Notes: generated from the sequence alone by a model not told the origin. A DNA stretch of 64,000 bases from an uncultured Acidobacteriota bacterium (GCA_963770895.1 CAVYRF010000002.1:2240001-2304000); one strand, 5' to 3'; shown: positions 1 through 13,343, counted from the stretch's first letter. Numbers and translations are program-made.

Positions 1-1695
1 CAGACCCCTGCCACGGTCACCGTGCTGGACAGCCAGGACATCGCCGCGCGCCAGGCGCGCACTCTGGCCGACCTGCTGTGGAGCGTGCCCGGCCTGAGCG
101 TCGCCGTAGCGGGGCCTCCCGGCCAGCAGACCTCGGTCTTCACCCGCGGCGCCAATTCCAACCAGACCCTGCTGCTGTGGAACGGCATTCCGCTCAACGA
201 TCCCGAATTTGGCGACATCAACTGGCAGTTCGTCCCCACCGAAGGCGTCGAACGCGTGGAGGTGGTGCGCGGCCCCTTCAGCTCGCTGTACGGCAGCGAG
301 GCGATGGCGGGCGTGGTGCAGGTGATCACCGGCGCCCACCAGGGTCTGATGGTCGACCTGGAGGGCGGCCAGCACGGCTACGTGCAGGGGCAGCTCGCCG
401 GCGGCGTCAACCTGGGACCGCTGCGCCTGGACGCCACCGGCCACGCCCAGCGCAGCGACGACACCCAGCCGGGAGTCAACGACTACTTCGACGGCGAAGA
501 GGGTGTGCTGCGCGCCCTGTGGGGTTTCCAGCCCGGCGCCACGGTGGGAGCGCTGCTGCGCGCCAACGATTCCGACACCGGCGTGCCGTTTTCGTCCGGC
601 GTCCTGACGCCAGAAACCACCATCTCGTGGCAGGAGCGGGAGGTGGCGGTGCCGTTCAACGCCACCGGCGGCCGCTGGGCGGTGGATGCGCAGCTCTCCG
701 ATACCCACTTTGCCAACGACTTCCGCAGCCCTGACGACCCGTTCGGCGCCTACGACGAAGACAGCCATTCGCAGACCTTCGACGGCCGCGCGGTCGGTTC
801 GTATCACCTGCTGCAGCAGCCGGACCAGGACCTGCAGCTGTCTTTGGGCACCGAAGCCGAGCACTTCCAGGTCAGCGACGTGGACAGCTTCGGCAGCAAC
901 CTCGACCGCGCCCACCAGCTCACCTGGGCGGGCTTCGGGCAGCTGAGCTACGGCACCGGCCCGGTGCACCTCGACGCCGGGTTGCGGCGCGACAGCAACG
1001 ACGTGTACGGCGGCCAGACCAGCCTGCGCGCCGGCGGCGTCGTGCGCCTGGCCGACCACACCCTGCTGCGCGCCAGCTACGGCCAGGCGTTCCGCGCCCC
1101 GACGCTGGGCGAGCTGTACTTCCCCTTCAGCGGCAACCCCGCCCTGCGCCCCGAAACCAGCACCAGCTACGAAGCCGGCATCGAGCAGGGCATCGGCCCC
1201 TGGCGCCTGGTGGCGACGGCGTTCGAAAACCGCCAGCGCAACCTCATCGTCTACGACAACTTTACCGGCCAGAACAACAACGTCGGGCGGGCGCGCAGCC
1301 GCGGCGTCGAAGGCGAGGTCGGCTACCGTCACGGCATCTTCCGCGCCGACCTCAACGGTACCTACCTGGAGGCGGTGGACCTGGACACCGACGCCGAGCT
1401 GCTGCGGCGCCCCAGGTGGAGCGGCAACCTGGTGCTCACCGCCCACCCCGGCGACTGGACTTTCAACGCCGCGGCGCGCTACGTCGGCGACCGCGCCGAC
1501 ATCGATCCGGTGACCGACGCCACGGTCGGCAACCCCAGCTACTTCCGGCTCGACCTGGCGGCGGCCTGGCAGGCGCTCTCGTGGCTGGCACCGTTCGTGC
1601 GCCTTGAGAACGCCACCAATCACATCTACGACGACGTGCTGGGCTACCCCAGCCAGGGGCGCACCCTGATCGGCGGCGTGGCGGTCCAGTTGTGA
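1..1695 (+). CDS. btuB: TonB-dependent receptor, BtuB-like (vitamin B12); 5' end outside the window
   Basis: Frame open from base 1. Plug motif 'GQQTSVFTRGANSNQTLLLWNGIPLND' and 'ERVEVVRGPFSSLYGSEAMAGVVQVIT'. Barrel motifs 'RASYGQAFRAPTLGELY' and 'NPALRPE'; C-terminal 'GRTLIGGVAVQL'. B12 specificity is inferred from similarity. Confidence 0.75.
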   Translation, partial: QTPATVTVLDSQDIAARQARTLADLLWSVPGLSVAVAGPPGQQTSVFTRGANSNQTLLLWNGIPLNDPEFGDINWQFVPTEGVERVEVVRGPFSSLYGSEAMAGVVQVITGAHQGLMVDLEGGQHGYVQGQLAGGVNLGPLRLDATGHAQRSDDTQPGVNDYFDGEEGVLRALWGFQPGATVGALLRANDSDTGVPFSSGVLTPETTISWQEREVAVPFNATGGRWAVDAQLSDTHFANDFRSPDDPFGAYDEDSHSQTFDGRAVGSYHLLQQPDQDLQLSLGTEAEHFQVSDVDSFGSNLDRAHQLTWAGFGQLSYGTGPVHLDAGLRRDSNDVYGGQTSLRAGGVVRLADHTLLRASYGQAFRAPTLGELYFPFSGNPALRPETSTSYEAGIEQGIGPWRLVATAFENRQRNLIVYDNFTGQNNNVGRARSRGVEGEVGYRHGIFRADLNGTYLEAVDLDTDAELLRRPRWSGNLVLTAHPGDWTFNAAARYVGDRADIDPVTDATVGNPSYFRLDLAAAWQALSWLAPFVRLENATNHIYDDVLGYPSQGRTLIGGVAVQL

Positions 1696-2402
1696 CGTCC
1701 TCGCGCCGCCGCGGCAGGGCGCAGCCGCGGCGGCGCGAGCCAGTGCTGATCTCCTGGAGCGGCGGCAAGGACAGCATGTTGACGCTGCAGGTCCTGGCCG
1801 GCGACGCGGCCTGCGAGCCGGCCGGCCTGCTCACCACCTTTACCGAACCCGGCGACCGGGTGGCGACGCACCAGGTGCGCCGCGACCTGCTGGAGGCCCA
1901 GGCCGCCGCGCTCGGGCTGCCGCTCCATCCGGTGCTGCTGCCGGCCGATCCGCCCAACCGCGTCTACGAGGAGCGGCTGGCGGCGGCGCTGGCGCCGCTC
2001 GCCGCGCGGGGGCTGCGGCGCATCGCGTTCGGGGACCTGTTCCTGGCCGACCTGCGCGCCTGGCGCGAGCGCCAGATGGCGGCCCTGGGCCTGTCGCCGG
2101 TCTTCCCCCTGTGGGGCCGTGACACCGCCCAGCTGGCCCGCGGTTTTGTCGCCGCCGGGTTTGCCGCCACCCTGGTCTGTGTCGATACCGCCGTGCTGCC
2201 GGCGGACTTTGCCGGCCGCGCCTACGATGCGGCGCTGCTCGCCGACCTGCCGCCGGGCGTCGACGCCTGCGGCGAAAACGGCGAGTTTCACACCTTCGTC
2301 CACGGCGGACCGCTCCTGTCGGGGCCGCTGCCCGTCGTCGCCGGCCGCCGCGAGACCCGCGGGCGCTTCAGCTACTGCGAGCTGACGGCCGCTGCAGGCT
2401 AG
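1692..2402 (+). CDS. PP-loop ATPase, diphthine-ammonia ligase (Dph6/MJ0570)-like
   Basis: 'SWSGGKDS' PP-loop, 'FGDLFLADLRAWRE', 'GVDACGENGEFHTFV'. GTGA overlap with the btuB stop. Confidence 0.85.
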   Translation: MTSSRRRGRAQPRRREPVLISWSGGKDSMLTLQVLAGDAACEPAGLLTTFTEPGDRVATHQVRRDLLEAQAAALGLPLHPVLLPADPPNRVYEERLAAALAPLAARGLRRIAFGDLFLADLRAWRERQMAALGLSPVFPLWGRDTAQLARGFVAAGFAATLVCVDTAVLPADFAGRAYDAALLADLPPGVDACGENGEFHTFVHGGPLLSGPLPVVAGRRETRGRFSYCELTAAAG

Positions 2403-2475
2403 TGCGTGACCGCCGCGGCACGCTAGTGCGTGGCGACCGCGGCGGGCTGGTGCGTGCGACCGGGGGACTGGTACT
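2399..2475. repeat. Degenerate ~24-bp tandem repeat (about 3 copies, CT(A/G)GTGCGTG...)
   Basis: ctagtgcgtgaccgccgcggcacg / ctagtgcgtggcgaccgcggcggg / ctggtgcgtgcgaccggggga. Confidence 0.55.
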
Positions 2476-2487
2476 AAGATACAGCGC

Positions 2488-3282
2488 ATGCTCCTCTACA
2501 GAATCGGACCCGACGGGCTGTATGCGGTGGGCGACGACCTCGACGCCGGCGACGGCGCTTCCCGCCGGCCGCTGCGCGTCCTGCACTCGGACCCTTTCGA
2601 AACGCTGCCCGGCGGCTGGCAGCTGGGACGAACCCTGGACGAAGAGCCGAGCGGTCTGCTGGCGCCGGTCCTGCCGGGCAAGATCGTCGGCATCGGCCGC
2701 AACTACGCCGAGCACGCGCGCGAGATGGACAACCCGGTGCCCAGCGAACCGCTGCTGTTCCTCAAGGCCCCGTCGGCGCTGATCGGGCCGCAGGCGCCGG
2801 TGGTGCTGCCGCTGGAAAGCCAGCGGGTGGAGTACGAAGGCGAGATCGCCGTCGTGCTGCGCCGCCGCCTGCGGCGGGCGAGCGCCGATGAGGCAGCGCA
2901 GGCCGTCCTGGGCGTGACCTGCGCCTGCGACGTCACCGCCCGCGACCTGCAGCGCAAGGACGCCACCTTCGCCCGCGCCAAGTCGTTCGACACCTTCTGC
3001 CCCCTGGGCCCGGCGATCTGGGTCGGCGCGCCGCTCGACGACCTGTCGGTGGTGACGCGGCTCAACGGCGCCGAAGTCCAGCGCGGCCACACCCGCGAAA
3101 TGGTGTTCGGTATCGTCGACCTGCTGGTCTACATCTCGCGCATGATGACGCTCGAGCCGCGCGACGTCGTGTTGACCGGCACTCCCGGCGGCGTCGGCCC
3201 GCTGACCAGCGGCGATCGCGTCGAAGTGGAAGTTTCGGGCGCCGGCGTGCTCTCCAACCCGGTGGAGATCCTGCGCGGCTAG
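2488..3282 (+). CDS. Fumarylacetoacetate hydrolase family protein
   Basis: 'KIVGIGRNYAEHAREM', 'EYEGEIAVV', 'DVTARDLQ', 'AKSFDTFCPLGP', 'LTGTPGGVG'. Confidence 0.92.
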   Translation: MLLYRIGPDGLYAVGDDLDAGDGASRRPLRVLHSDPFETLPGGWQLGRTLDEEPSGLLAPVLPGKIVGIGRNYAEHAREMDNPVPSEPLLFLKAPSALIGPQAPVVLPLESQRVEYEGEIAVVLRRRLRRASADEAAQAVLGVTCACDVTARDLQRKDATFARAKSFDTFCPLGPAIWVGAPLDDLSVVTRLNGAEVQRGHTREMVFGIVDLLVYISRMMTLEPRDVVLTGTPGGVGPLTSGDRVEVEVSGAGVLSNPVEILRG

Positions 3283-3292
3283 TGAAGGCAGG

Positions 3293-3508
3293 CTAGCTTC
3301 CGCCGTCCATCCCCGCGTCCCGCTCTGCTTCCGGCTGCTCCTGCCAGGCGGGCGGCGGCAGGGCCCGCCAGGGGAACAGCACCAGGGCGCCCAGCAGCAG
3401 CAGGTGCAGGGCGCCGCCCAGCAGGACGCCGGCGAAGAGCAATCCCATCCAGCTCGAAAACAGCAGGAGCGCGCAGGCGGCGCGCACGCCGGGGCTCGTG
3501 GCGGACAC
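3293..3508 (-). CDS. Small hypothetical membrane protein
   Basis: Short ORF filling the intergenic gap with two hydrophobic segments (CALLLFSSWMGLLFAGVLLGGALHLLLLGALVLFPW). GTG start at 3508 is a guess. Confidence 0.4.
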   Translation of the reverse strand: MSATSPGVRAACALLLFSSWMGLLFAGVLLGGALHLLLLGALVLFPWRALPPPAWQEQPEAERDAGMDGGS

Positions 3509-3585
3509 TGTCCGGCACCGTATCACAGGGGCGGCGTTGCGGCTTTGCCGCCGCTTCGGGGCCCGGCGGGAGTATCCTGGGCTGC

Positions 3586-4425
3586 ATGATCCAGGCGATC
3601 ACCTTCGACGTCACCCGCACCCTGATCCACTGCCCACGGATGGGGGAGATCTATGCCGAGGTCCTGGGCCGCCACGGTATTCAGGTGGCGCCTGCCGAGG
3701 CGGTGCGGCTGATCGACGTGGTGTGGCGCGAGCTGGCCTGCTCGGCCGACCCGGCGCGCGATCGCTGGACCGCCCACCCCGAGGGGGCGCGCGGCTGGTG
3801 GCAGCGCTTTCTGGAGCGCTTCTGCGAGCACCTCGATTCGGCGCCGCCGTCGCGCTTCGCCGCCGCCGAGCTGTTCCACCGCTTCGGCAGCGGCGAAACG
3901 TGGGAGGTCTACCCCGAGGTCTTCGAGGTGCTGGACGCGCTGCGCGCCCGGCGGCTGCGGCTGGGGGTCATCAGCAACTGGGATACCCGCCTCCCCGAAG
4001 TGCTGCGCCAGCTGGATCTGGCCCGGCGCTTCGACGCCGTGGTCTACTCTTCGGCGGTCGGCGTCGAAAAGCCCGATCCGCGCATCTTCCGCCGCGCCCT
4101 GCGCGAGCTGGGGGTGGAGCCGCAGATGGCGCTGCACATCGGCGATTCGCGGCTGGAAGACGTCGAAGGCGCCGCCGCGTCCGGCATGCAGTCGCTGCTG
4201 CTGGCGCGCCACGGCGCGGAGCCGGCGGCCGAGCTGCGGCAGCCGCCTGCCCGCCGGGCGCCCGCGAGCGCCGGCCGCCAGGCCGCGATGCGGTCCAGCC
4301 TGCCCCGGCTGCAGTCGCTGCAGAAGGCGCCTGCCGCCAATGCCGCCGCGCTGCCGGACCTGGCCGACCTGGCGCGGCTCCCTGCGCTGCTCGGTGGCGG
4401 AACCCCTGGGGGTCATCTCCTGTGA
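3586..4425 (+). CDS. HAD-IA family hydrolase (REG-2/HDHD3-like)
   Basis: Motif I 'ITFDVTRTL', 'GVISNWDTRL', 'GVEKPDPRIF', 'HIGDSRLEDVEGA'; low-complexity C-terminal tail. Confidence 0.88.
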   Translation: MIQAITFDVTRTLIHCPRMGEIYAEVLGRHGIQVAPAEAVRLIDVVWRELACSADPARDRWTAHPEGARGWWQRFLERFCEHLDSAPPSRFAAAELFHRFGSGETWEVYPEVFEVLDALRARRLRLGVISNWDTRLPEVLRQLDLARRFDAVVYSSAVGVEKPDPRIFRRALRELGVEPQMALHIGDSRLEDVEGAAASGMQSLLLARHGAEPAAELRQPPARRAPASAGRQAAMRSSLPRLQSLQKAPAANAAALPDLADLARLPALLGGGTPGGHLL

Positions 4426-4441
4426 TAAAGTAACCGAAGAG

Positions 4442-5029
4442 ATGAAGATTTCGACCAAAGGCGAATACGGCATGCGGGCGATGCTCCACATCGCCATGCA
4501 CGGTGAGCACGGGCCGGTCACCAGCCATGAAATCGCTCGTCACCAGGGCATCCCGGAACCGTACCTGCGCCAGATCCTGGCCCAGCTGTCGCGCGACGGC
4601 CTGATCCACTCCAACCGCGGCCCGCAGGGTGGGCACGTGCTGGGGCGGCCCGCGGCGAGGATCACCTTCCAGCACATCCTGATGACGCTCGAAGGCCAGA
4701 CCACCTCGGTCGACCAGATCCTGGCGCTGCCGTGCCACATCGAGATCGGCTCGCAGTTCTGCGTCATCCGGGAAGTCTTCCTGGAGGTCAAGGCGGCGGT
4801 CGAGCGGATCCTCTCTTCCACCACGCTCGAACAGATGGTGGCGCGCCAGCGGCAGATTCTGTCGCAGGGCATCTCGGTGCCGCACGCCCTGCCGTCGAGC
4901 GCCTCGGCCCTGCTGCCGATCCTGTCCGACGCCGCGGAGCTGGCAGCGGCGACCGCGGCCGCGGCGGCGACCGCGGCCAGCAGCGCACTCGACGCCAATC
5001 GTTCCCACGGCGCCCGCGCCCGCTCTTGA
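4442..5029 (+). CDS. Rrf2 family transcriptional regulator
   Basis: 'MKISTKGEYGMRAMLHIA', winged HTH 'EIARHQGIPEPYLRQILAQL', 'SNRGPQGGHVL'. Confidence 0.92.
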   Translation: MKISTKGEYGMRAMLHIAMHGEHGPVTSHEIARHQGIPEPYLRQILAQLSRDGLIHSNRGPQGGHVLGRPAARITFQHILMTLEGQTTSVDQILALPCHIEIGSQFCVIREVFLEVKAAVERILSSTTLEQMVARQRQILSQGISVPHALPSSASALLPILSDAAELAAATAAAAATAASSALDANRSHGARARS

Positions 5030-5090
5030 ACGGGCGCAATGAAGTTGCTACACTCCGCGCCGCGAGGCGGGGGGAGGGCGGGAGTCTGGG

Positions 5091-5315
5091 ATGCCTGGCA
5101 AGCAGACGCAGCGCGGAGAAGCAGCCCGTGCATACAGCCTTGGCTTCGAGCTGGTCTGCGCCGTAGCAGGCTTCACGCTGGTCGGCATTTGGATCGATAG
5201 GCACTTCAGCTGTGGGCCGTGGGGCACCCTGATCGGCCTCTTGCTTGGGGCCGTTGGCGGCTTCTACAACTTGTTCCGCGGAACGTTGCGCACGCGTCAC
5301 ACCGATCGCGAATGA
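5091..5315 (+). CDS. AtpZ/AtpI family small membrane protein (ATPase gene 1)
   Basis: 'GFELVCAVAGFTLVGIWIDRHFSCGPWGTLIGLLLGAVGGFYNLFR'; first gene of the atp operon. Confidence 0.85.
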   Translation: MPGKQTQRGEAARAYSLGFELVCAVAGFTLVGIWIDRHFSCGPWGTLIGLLLGAVGGFYNLFRGTLRTRHTDRE

Positions 5316-5749
5316 TCGTCGATTCGCCGAGCGCCGCGGCAGGCTATGCGCGGTTCGTCGGGTGGGCGGTTGCGGTGGCCGCCGCTGTAGCGGTCGTCGG
5401 CTACGTGCCGGCGGTCCACTTCGGCGGCATGGTCGCGGTGCCGGCGCTCCTTGCGGGCTGCGGCATCGCGGCGGTCGCTTCGGCGCTCGGCGGCGTGCCG
5501 ATCGCGCTGGCCGGCGCTGACCCGGTGCGGCGCCCGCAGTCGGTGCTGCTGTCCCTGGCGTTACGCCTGGCGGCGGTGCTGGCCCTGGGAGTGGCGGCGG
5601 TCGAAACCGGGCGCTTCGCCAGCCGGCAGCTGGTGGTCTGGACGGCGATCGCGTACGCGGCGCAGCTGGTGGTCGACAGCCGCTACGCCATGCAGTCGCC
5701 GCGGAGCGGCATGAGCAACACGAGCGACGACGGAGATTCGAAACGTTGA
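5312..5749 (+). CDS. atpI: ATP synthase subunit I-like 4-TM protein
   Basis: ATGA overlap with the upstream gene, four hydrophobic helices, position before atpB. Confidence 0.65.
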   Translation: MIVDSPSAAAGYARFVGWAVAVAAAVAVVGYVPAVHFGGMVAVPALLAGCGIAAVASALGGVPIALAGADPVRRPQSVLLSLALRLAAVLALGVAAVETGRFASRQLVVWTAIAYAAQLVVDSRYAMQSPRSGMSNTSDDGDSKR

Positions 5750-6645
5750 TGACGACATCGGCGCCGGCACCGCCCACCAACTTTCTGGAGCACATCGTCC
5801 AGCATCCGCTGATCACGCGTCCGGCGGATCTGGGGTTTTTGACGCCGCACCAGCACATCACCATCCTGAGCAACCACATCGTGATGATGATCACGACCGG
5901 CGTGCTGCTCATGCTGCTGCTGCCGATGTTCCTGCGCCAGCGCCGCGCCGCGTCGGCGTCGCGCGACGAGGTGGGGCACCTGGTGCCCGGCGGTCCCGGC
6001 AACTTCCTCGAAGCGATCTGCGAATACCTGCGCAAAGAGGTTGCCGAGCCGGCGCTCGAACAGCACACCGACCGCTTCATCAAGTACATCTGGACGCTGT
6101 TCTTCTTCGTCCTGGTCAACAACCTCCTGGGCCTCATCCCGTTTTCGACCGTGACGCCGCTCATGGGCATCCACCTGGGCGGCACGGCCACCGGCAACGT
6201 CTGGGTCACCGGCACGCTGGCGGCGATGACCTTCGTCATGATGGTGTTCAACGGCGTGCGCCTGGGCGGCCGCCACTACTTCGCCCACTTCTGCCCCGGC
6301 CCTCTGTGGCTGGCGCCGCTTTTGGTGCCGATCGAAATCCTCGGCCAGTTCGCCAAGACGTTCGCGCTGGCCATCCGTCTGTTCGCCAACATGCTCGCCG
6401 GGCACATCATGCTCGCCGTGCTGGTCAGCTTCATCCTGGGGGCGGGCACCGCGATGGGCACCGGCGTCGGCCTGGCGGTGGCGGTGCCGGTCATCGCGGG
6501 ATCCATCGCCATCACGCTGTTGGAGCTGTTTGTCGCCTTTCTGCAGGCGTACATCTTCGCCTTCCTGACCGCGCTGTTCATCGGCCAGGCGGTGGTGTTC
6601 CACCAGGACCATGGGGACGGGCACCACGAAGAAGCGACGATCTGA
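5749..6645 (+). CDS. atpB: F0F1 ATP synthase subunit a
   Basis: 'LVNNLLGLIPF', 'TATGN', 'ALAIRLFANMLAGH', 'ELFVAFLQAYIFAFLT'. Confidence 0.97.
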   Translation: MTTSAPAPPTNFLEHIVQHPLITRPADLGFLTPHQHITILSNHIVMMITTGVLLMLLLPMFLRQRRAASASRDEVGHLVPGGPGNFLEAICEYLRKEVAEPALEQHTDRFIKYIWTLFFFVLVNNLLGLIPFSTVTPLMGIHLGGTATGNVWVTGTLAAMTFVMMVFNGVRLGGRHYFAHFCPGPLWLAPLLVPIEILGQFAKTFALAIRLFANMLAGHIMLAVLVSFILGAGTAMGTGVGLAVAVPVIAGSIAITLLELFVAFLQAYIFAFLTALFIGQAVVFHQDHGDGHHEEATI

Positions 6646-6780
6646 TCCGCAATGTCAATTTCGCCATGCCCGGATAGTCGCGGGGCACCGCGGGCCGTGA
6701 GGCGTACTGCGATGGCGTTTTCGAGGAGAGATGGCCGGCCCCGCACGGCCGCACAGGAAACGACGAAAGGACTTCATCCG

Positions 6781-7131
6781 ATGAGCAAGAGAGCCGCAAA
6801 GTTCGCTCTGATGTCGATCGTGGGCGGTATCGTCCTGATGTTCGCCACCACCACCCCCGCGCACGCCCAGGCTGGCGCCAGCGCGGCAGGAGAGCGTGGC
6901 AGCGGTATGACCACCGACGGCGCGCGTAAGCTCGGCGCCGGGTTGGGCGTCGGCCTGGTCGCCATCGGCACCGGCATCGGTATCGGTCGCATCGGCGGCA
7001 GCGCCACCGAAGCCATCGCCCGGCAGCCGGAATCCGCGGGTCAGATCAGCAACGCGATGATCATCACCGCGGCGCTGATCGAAGGCGTCGCGCTGTTCGG
7101 ACTGGTCATCGACTTTCTGGTGCAGCAGTAG
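6781..7131 (+). CDS. atpE: F0F1 ATP synthase subunit c with N-terminal extension
   Basis: 'GAGLGVGLVAIGTGIGIGRIGGSATEAIARQPE...AALIEGVALF'; AAAGGA upstream of ATG 6781. Confidence 0.95.
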   Translation: MSKRAAKFALMSIVGGIVLMFATTTPAHAQAGASAAGERGSGMTTDGARKLGAGLGVGLVAIGTGIGIGRIGGSATEAIARQPESAGQISNAMIITAALIEGVALFGLVIDFLVQQ

Positions 7132-7327
7132 AGCGGCGGCGGTGCCTGGCCGCGTCCCCCGCCCGCTTGTCAGCGTGGCCGGGGCACGCCTCCTGGTGCC
7201 GCGCGACCGGCCGGCGCCCTGTGCGGCGCCGGCTTGCCGGCAGGTTGGTGCCTGCCGCCGCCCCACGAACCCAAGCCCCTTCTCACCGCCGGTGGGCGGG
7301 GCCGTTGACTCGGCGAGTGCTTTCACC

Positions 7328-7912
7328 ATGACGCGGAAAACGAAAGCTTTTCTTTTCATGTTGGCGGCGGCGTTGGCGGCCGCCCCGGCTGCCTACGCCG
7401 CGCCGGCCGAAGGCGGCGACGTGTTCGCCGGTGACGTCGGCAACGCGGTATGGACGGTGGTCATCTTCCTGCTGGTGCTGGTGGTGCTCGGCAAGTTCGC
7501 CTGGGGGCCGCTGCTCAAGGGCCTGCAGGCGCGCGAAGCCTACATCCGGGAATCCCTGGAAACCGCCCGCCGCGATCGCACGGACGCCGAAGCCCGGCTG
7601 CGCGAATACCAGGAAAAGCTGGCGGCGGCGCGCTCGGAAGCGACGGCGATCATCGAGCAGGGGCGCCGCGACGCCGAAGCCGCCAAGCGCAGGATCGAGG
7701 AGCAGGCCAAGCACGAAACCGACAAGATGATCGAGCGCGCGCAGCGCGAGATCCAGTCGGCGACCGTCGAGGCGACGCGGCAGCTGTACTCGCTGTCGGC
7801 AAGCCTGGCGACCGAGCTGGCGTCGCGCATCCTGGGCCGCGAGCTGAACGCGCAGGATCACGAGCGGTTGATCGCCGAATCGATCAGCGACCTGTCGGCG
7901 CGGCACAATTGA
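7328..7912 (+). CDS. atpF: F0F1 ATP synthase subunit b
   Basis: 'WTVVIFLLVLVVLGKFAWGPLLKGLQARE' followed by a long coiled coil. Confidence 0.93.
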   Translation: MTRKTKAFLFMLAAALAAAPAAYAAPAEGGDVFAGDVGNAVWTVVIFLLVLVVLGKFAWGPLLKGLQAREAYIRESLETARRDRTDAEARLREYQEKLAAARSEATAIIEQGRRDAEAAKRRIEEQAKHETDKMIERAQREIQSATVEATRQLYSLSASLATELASRILGRELNAQDHERLIAESISDLSARHN

Positions 7913-7964
7913 TCGCGTTGGGGCGGAGCCGCAACCGTGCGTAATCAGATGGAGAACGCGACCC

Positions 7965-8615
7965 ATGGCGAATGAAGCCGCCGCCACCCCAGCCGGCGGG
8001 CGCGCCGATGGCGAAGATCTGCGCGACCTCAGGCTGCCGCGGGTCTACGCCAAGGCGATGCTCGACCTTGCGGTGGCGCAGAACCAGGCGGACGACCTGC
8101 TGGGCGAGCTGAGCGACCTGGCGCGCACGGTCGCCGGCGACCCTGGCCTGGCGACGTTTCTGGCCAGCCCGCTGGTCACCCAGCGGCAGCGCGGCCAGGT
8201 ACTGGAAAAGGTTTTTCGCGGTCGCGGCAGCGACCTGCTGGTGGATTCGCTGGAGGTGATCAATCAGAAGGGCCGCCTGGCCCTGCTGGTGGAGATCGCC
8301 GAAGCCTACCGTCGCGAGTACCGCGAGCTGCGCGGCCTGGTCGACGCGCGGGTGACCACCGCCGTGCCGCTGGCGGCGGCCCAGCGCCAGGACCTGGTGG
8401 CGGCGATCGCCGGGTTCACCGGCAAGCGGCCCGACCTGATCGAGCGGGTGGATCCGGCGATCCTGGGCGGCATCGTGATCGAGGTCGCCGGCGAAAAGAT
8501 CGACAGCAGCCTGGCCACCCGTCTGCAGGACGTCGGAGCGCTGCTGGCGGCGCGCGCCGCCAAGGAGATTCACGGCGGCGCTTCCATGGTCGAGGGGACG
8601 GGTACGGGCGGGTGA
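7965..8615 (+). CDS. atpH: F0F1 ATP synthase subunit delta
   Basis: 'RVYAKAMLDLA', 'VTTAVPL', 'VDPAILGGIVIEVAGEKIDSSLATRL'. Confidence 0.93.
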   Translation: MANEAAATPAGGRADGEDLRDLRLPRVYAKAMLDLAVAQNQADDLLGELSDLARTVAGDPGLATFLASPLVTQRQRGQVLEKVFRGRGSDLLVDSLEVINQKGRLALLVEIAEAYRREYRELRGLVDARVTTAVPLAAAQRQDLVAAIAGFTGKRPDLIERVDPAILGGIVIEVAGEKIDSSLATRLQDVGALLAARAAKEIHGGASMVEGTGTGG

Positions 8616-8691
8616 CGCTCTATCTAAACGGAAACGCGACGGCCGCGACAGCTGGCGCGGCGTCTGACCATCAGGCGAGCGAGGAGCAGGC

Positions 8692-10404
<1,713 letters not shown>

Positions 10405-10438
10405 GCTGGGCGCGGCTCGTTTTGCGGGGACGGAACGG

Positions 10439-12902
<2,464 letters not shown>

Positions 12903-12923
12903 GCCGGGCGCGGGACCTGAACC

Positions 12924-13322
12924 ATGGCAAACACCTTCCACCTGAGCGTCATCACGCCGGAGCGGGCCGTTCTGGACACCGAGGCCACCTTTGCCGCCGT
13001 CCCCGCCCACGACGGCGAGATCGGCATCCTGGTCAACCGTGCGCCGATGCTCTACCGCCTGGGCGCCGGCCTGCTGCGCGCCGACACCGCCGAGGGCAAA
13101 ACCGCCCTCTTCGTCGCCGGCGGCTTCGTCCAGATGGTGGACAACCGGCTCACCGTCCTCACCGAAACCGCCAAGGAGATGAGCAAGATCGACCGCGCCT
13201 CGGCGGAGCGCGCCCTGGCCGACGCCGAAGCCTTGAAGGGCGTCACCGAATCCGAATTCAACACCCGCCAGCGCATGCTCGCCAGCGCCCGCGCCCAGCT
13301 GCGCCTGGCCCAGCACATCTGA
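12924..13322 (+). CDS. atpC: F0F1 ATP synthase subunit epsilon
   Basis: 'LSVITPER', 'GEIGIL', 'FVAGGFVQM', C-terminal helices. Confidence 0.95.
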   Translation: MANTFHLSVITPERAVLDTEATFAAVPAHDGEIGILVNRAPMLYRLGAGLLRADTAEGKTALFVAGGFVQMVDNRLTVLTETAKEMSKIDRASAERALADAEALKGVTESEFNTRQRMLASARAQLRLAQHI

Positions 13323-13343
13323 TCCAGCGCCCCTGATCCAGAT

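Noticed and set aside
1692-2402. Diphthamide biosynthesis
   Set aside because: Bacteria lack EF-2/diphthamide and no other dph genes are present; only family-level homology is supported.
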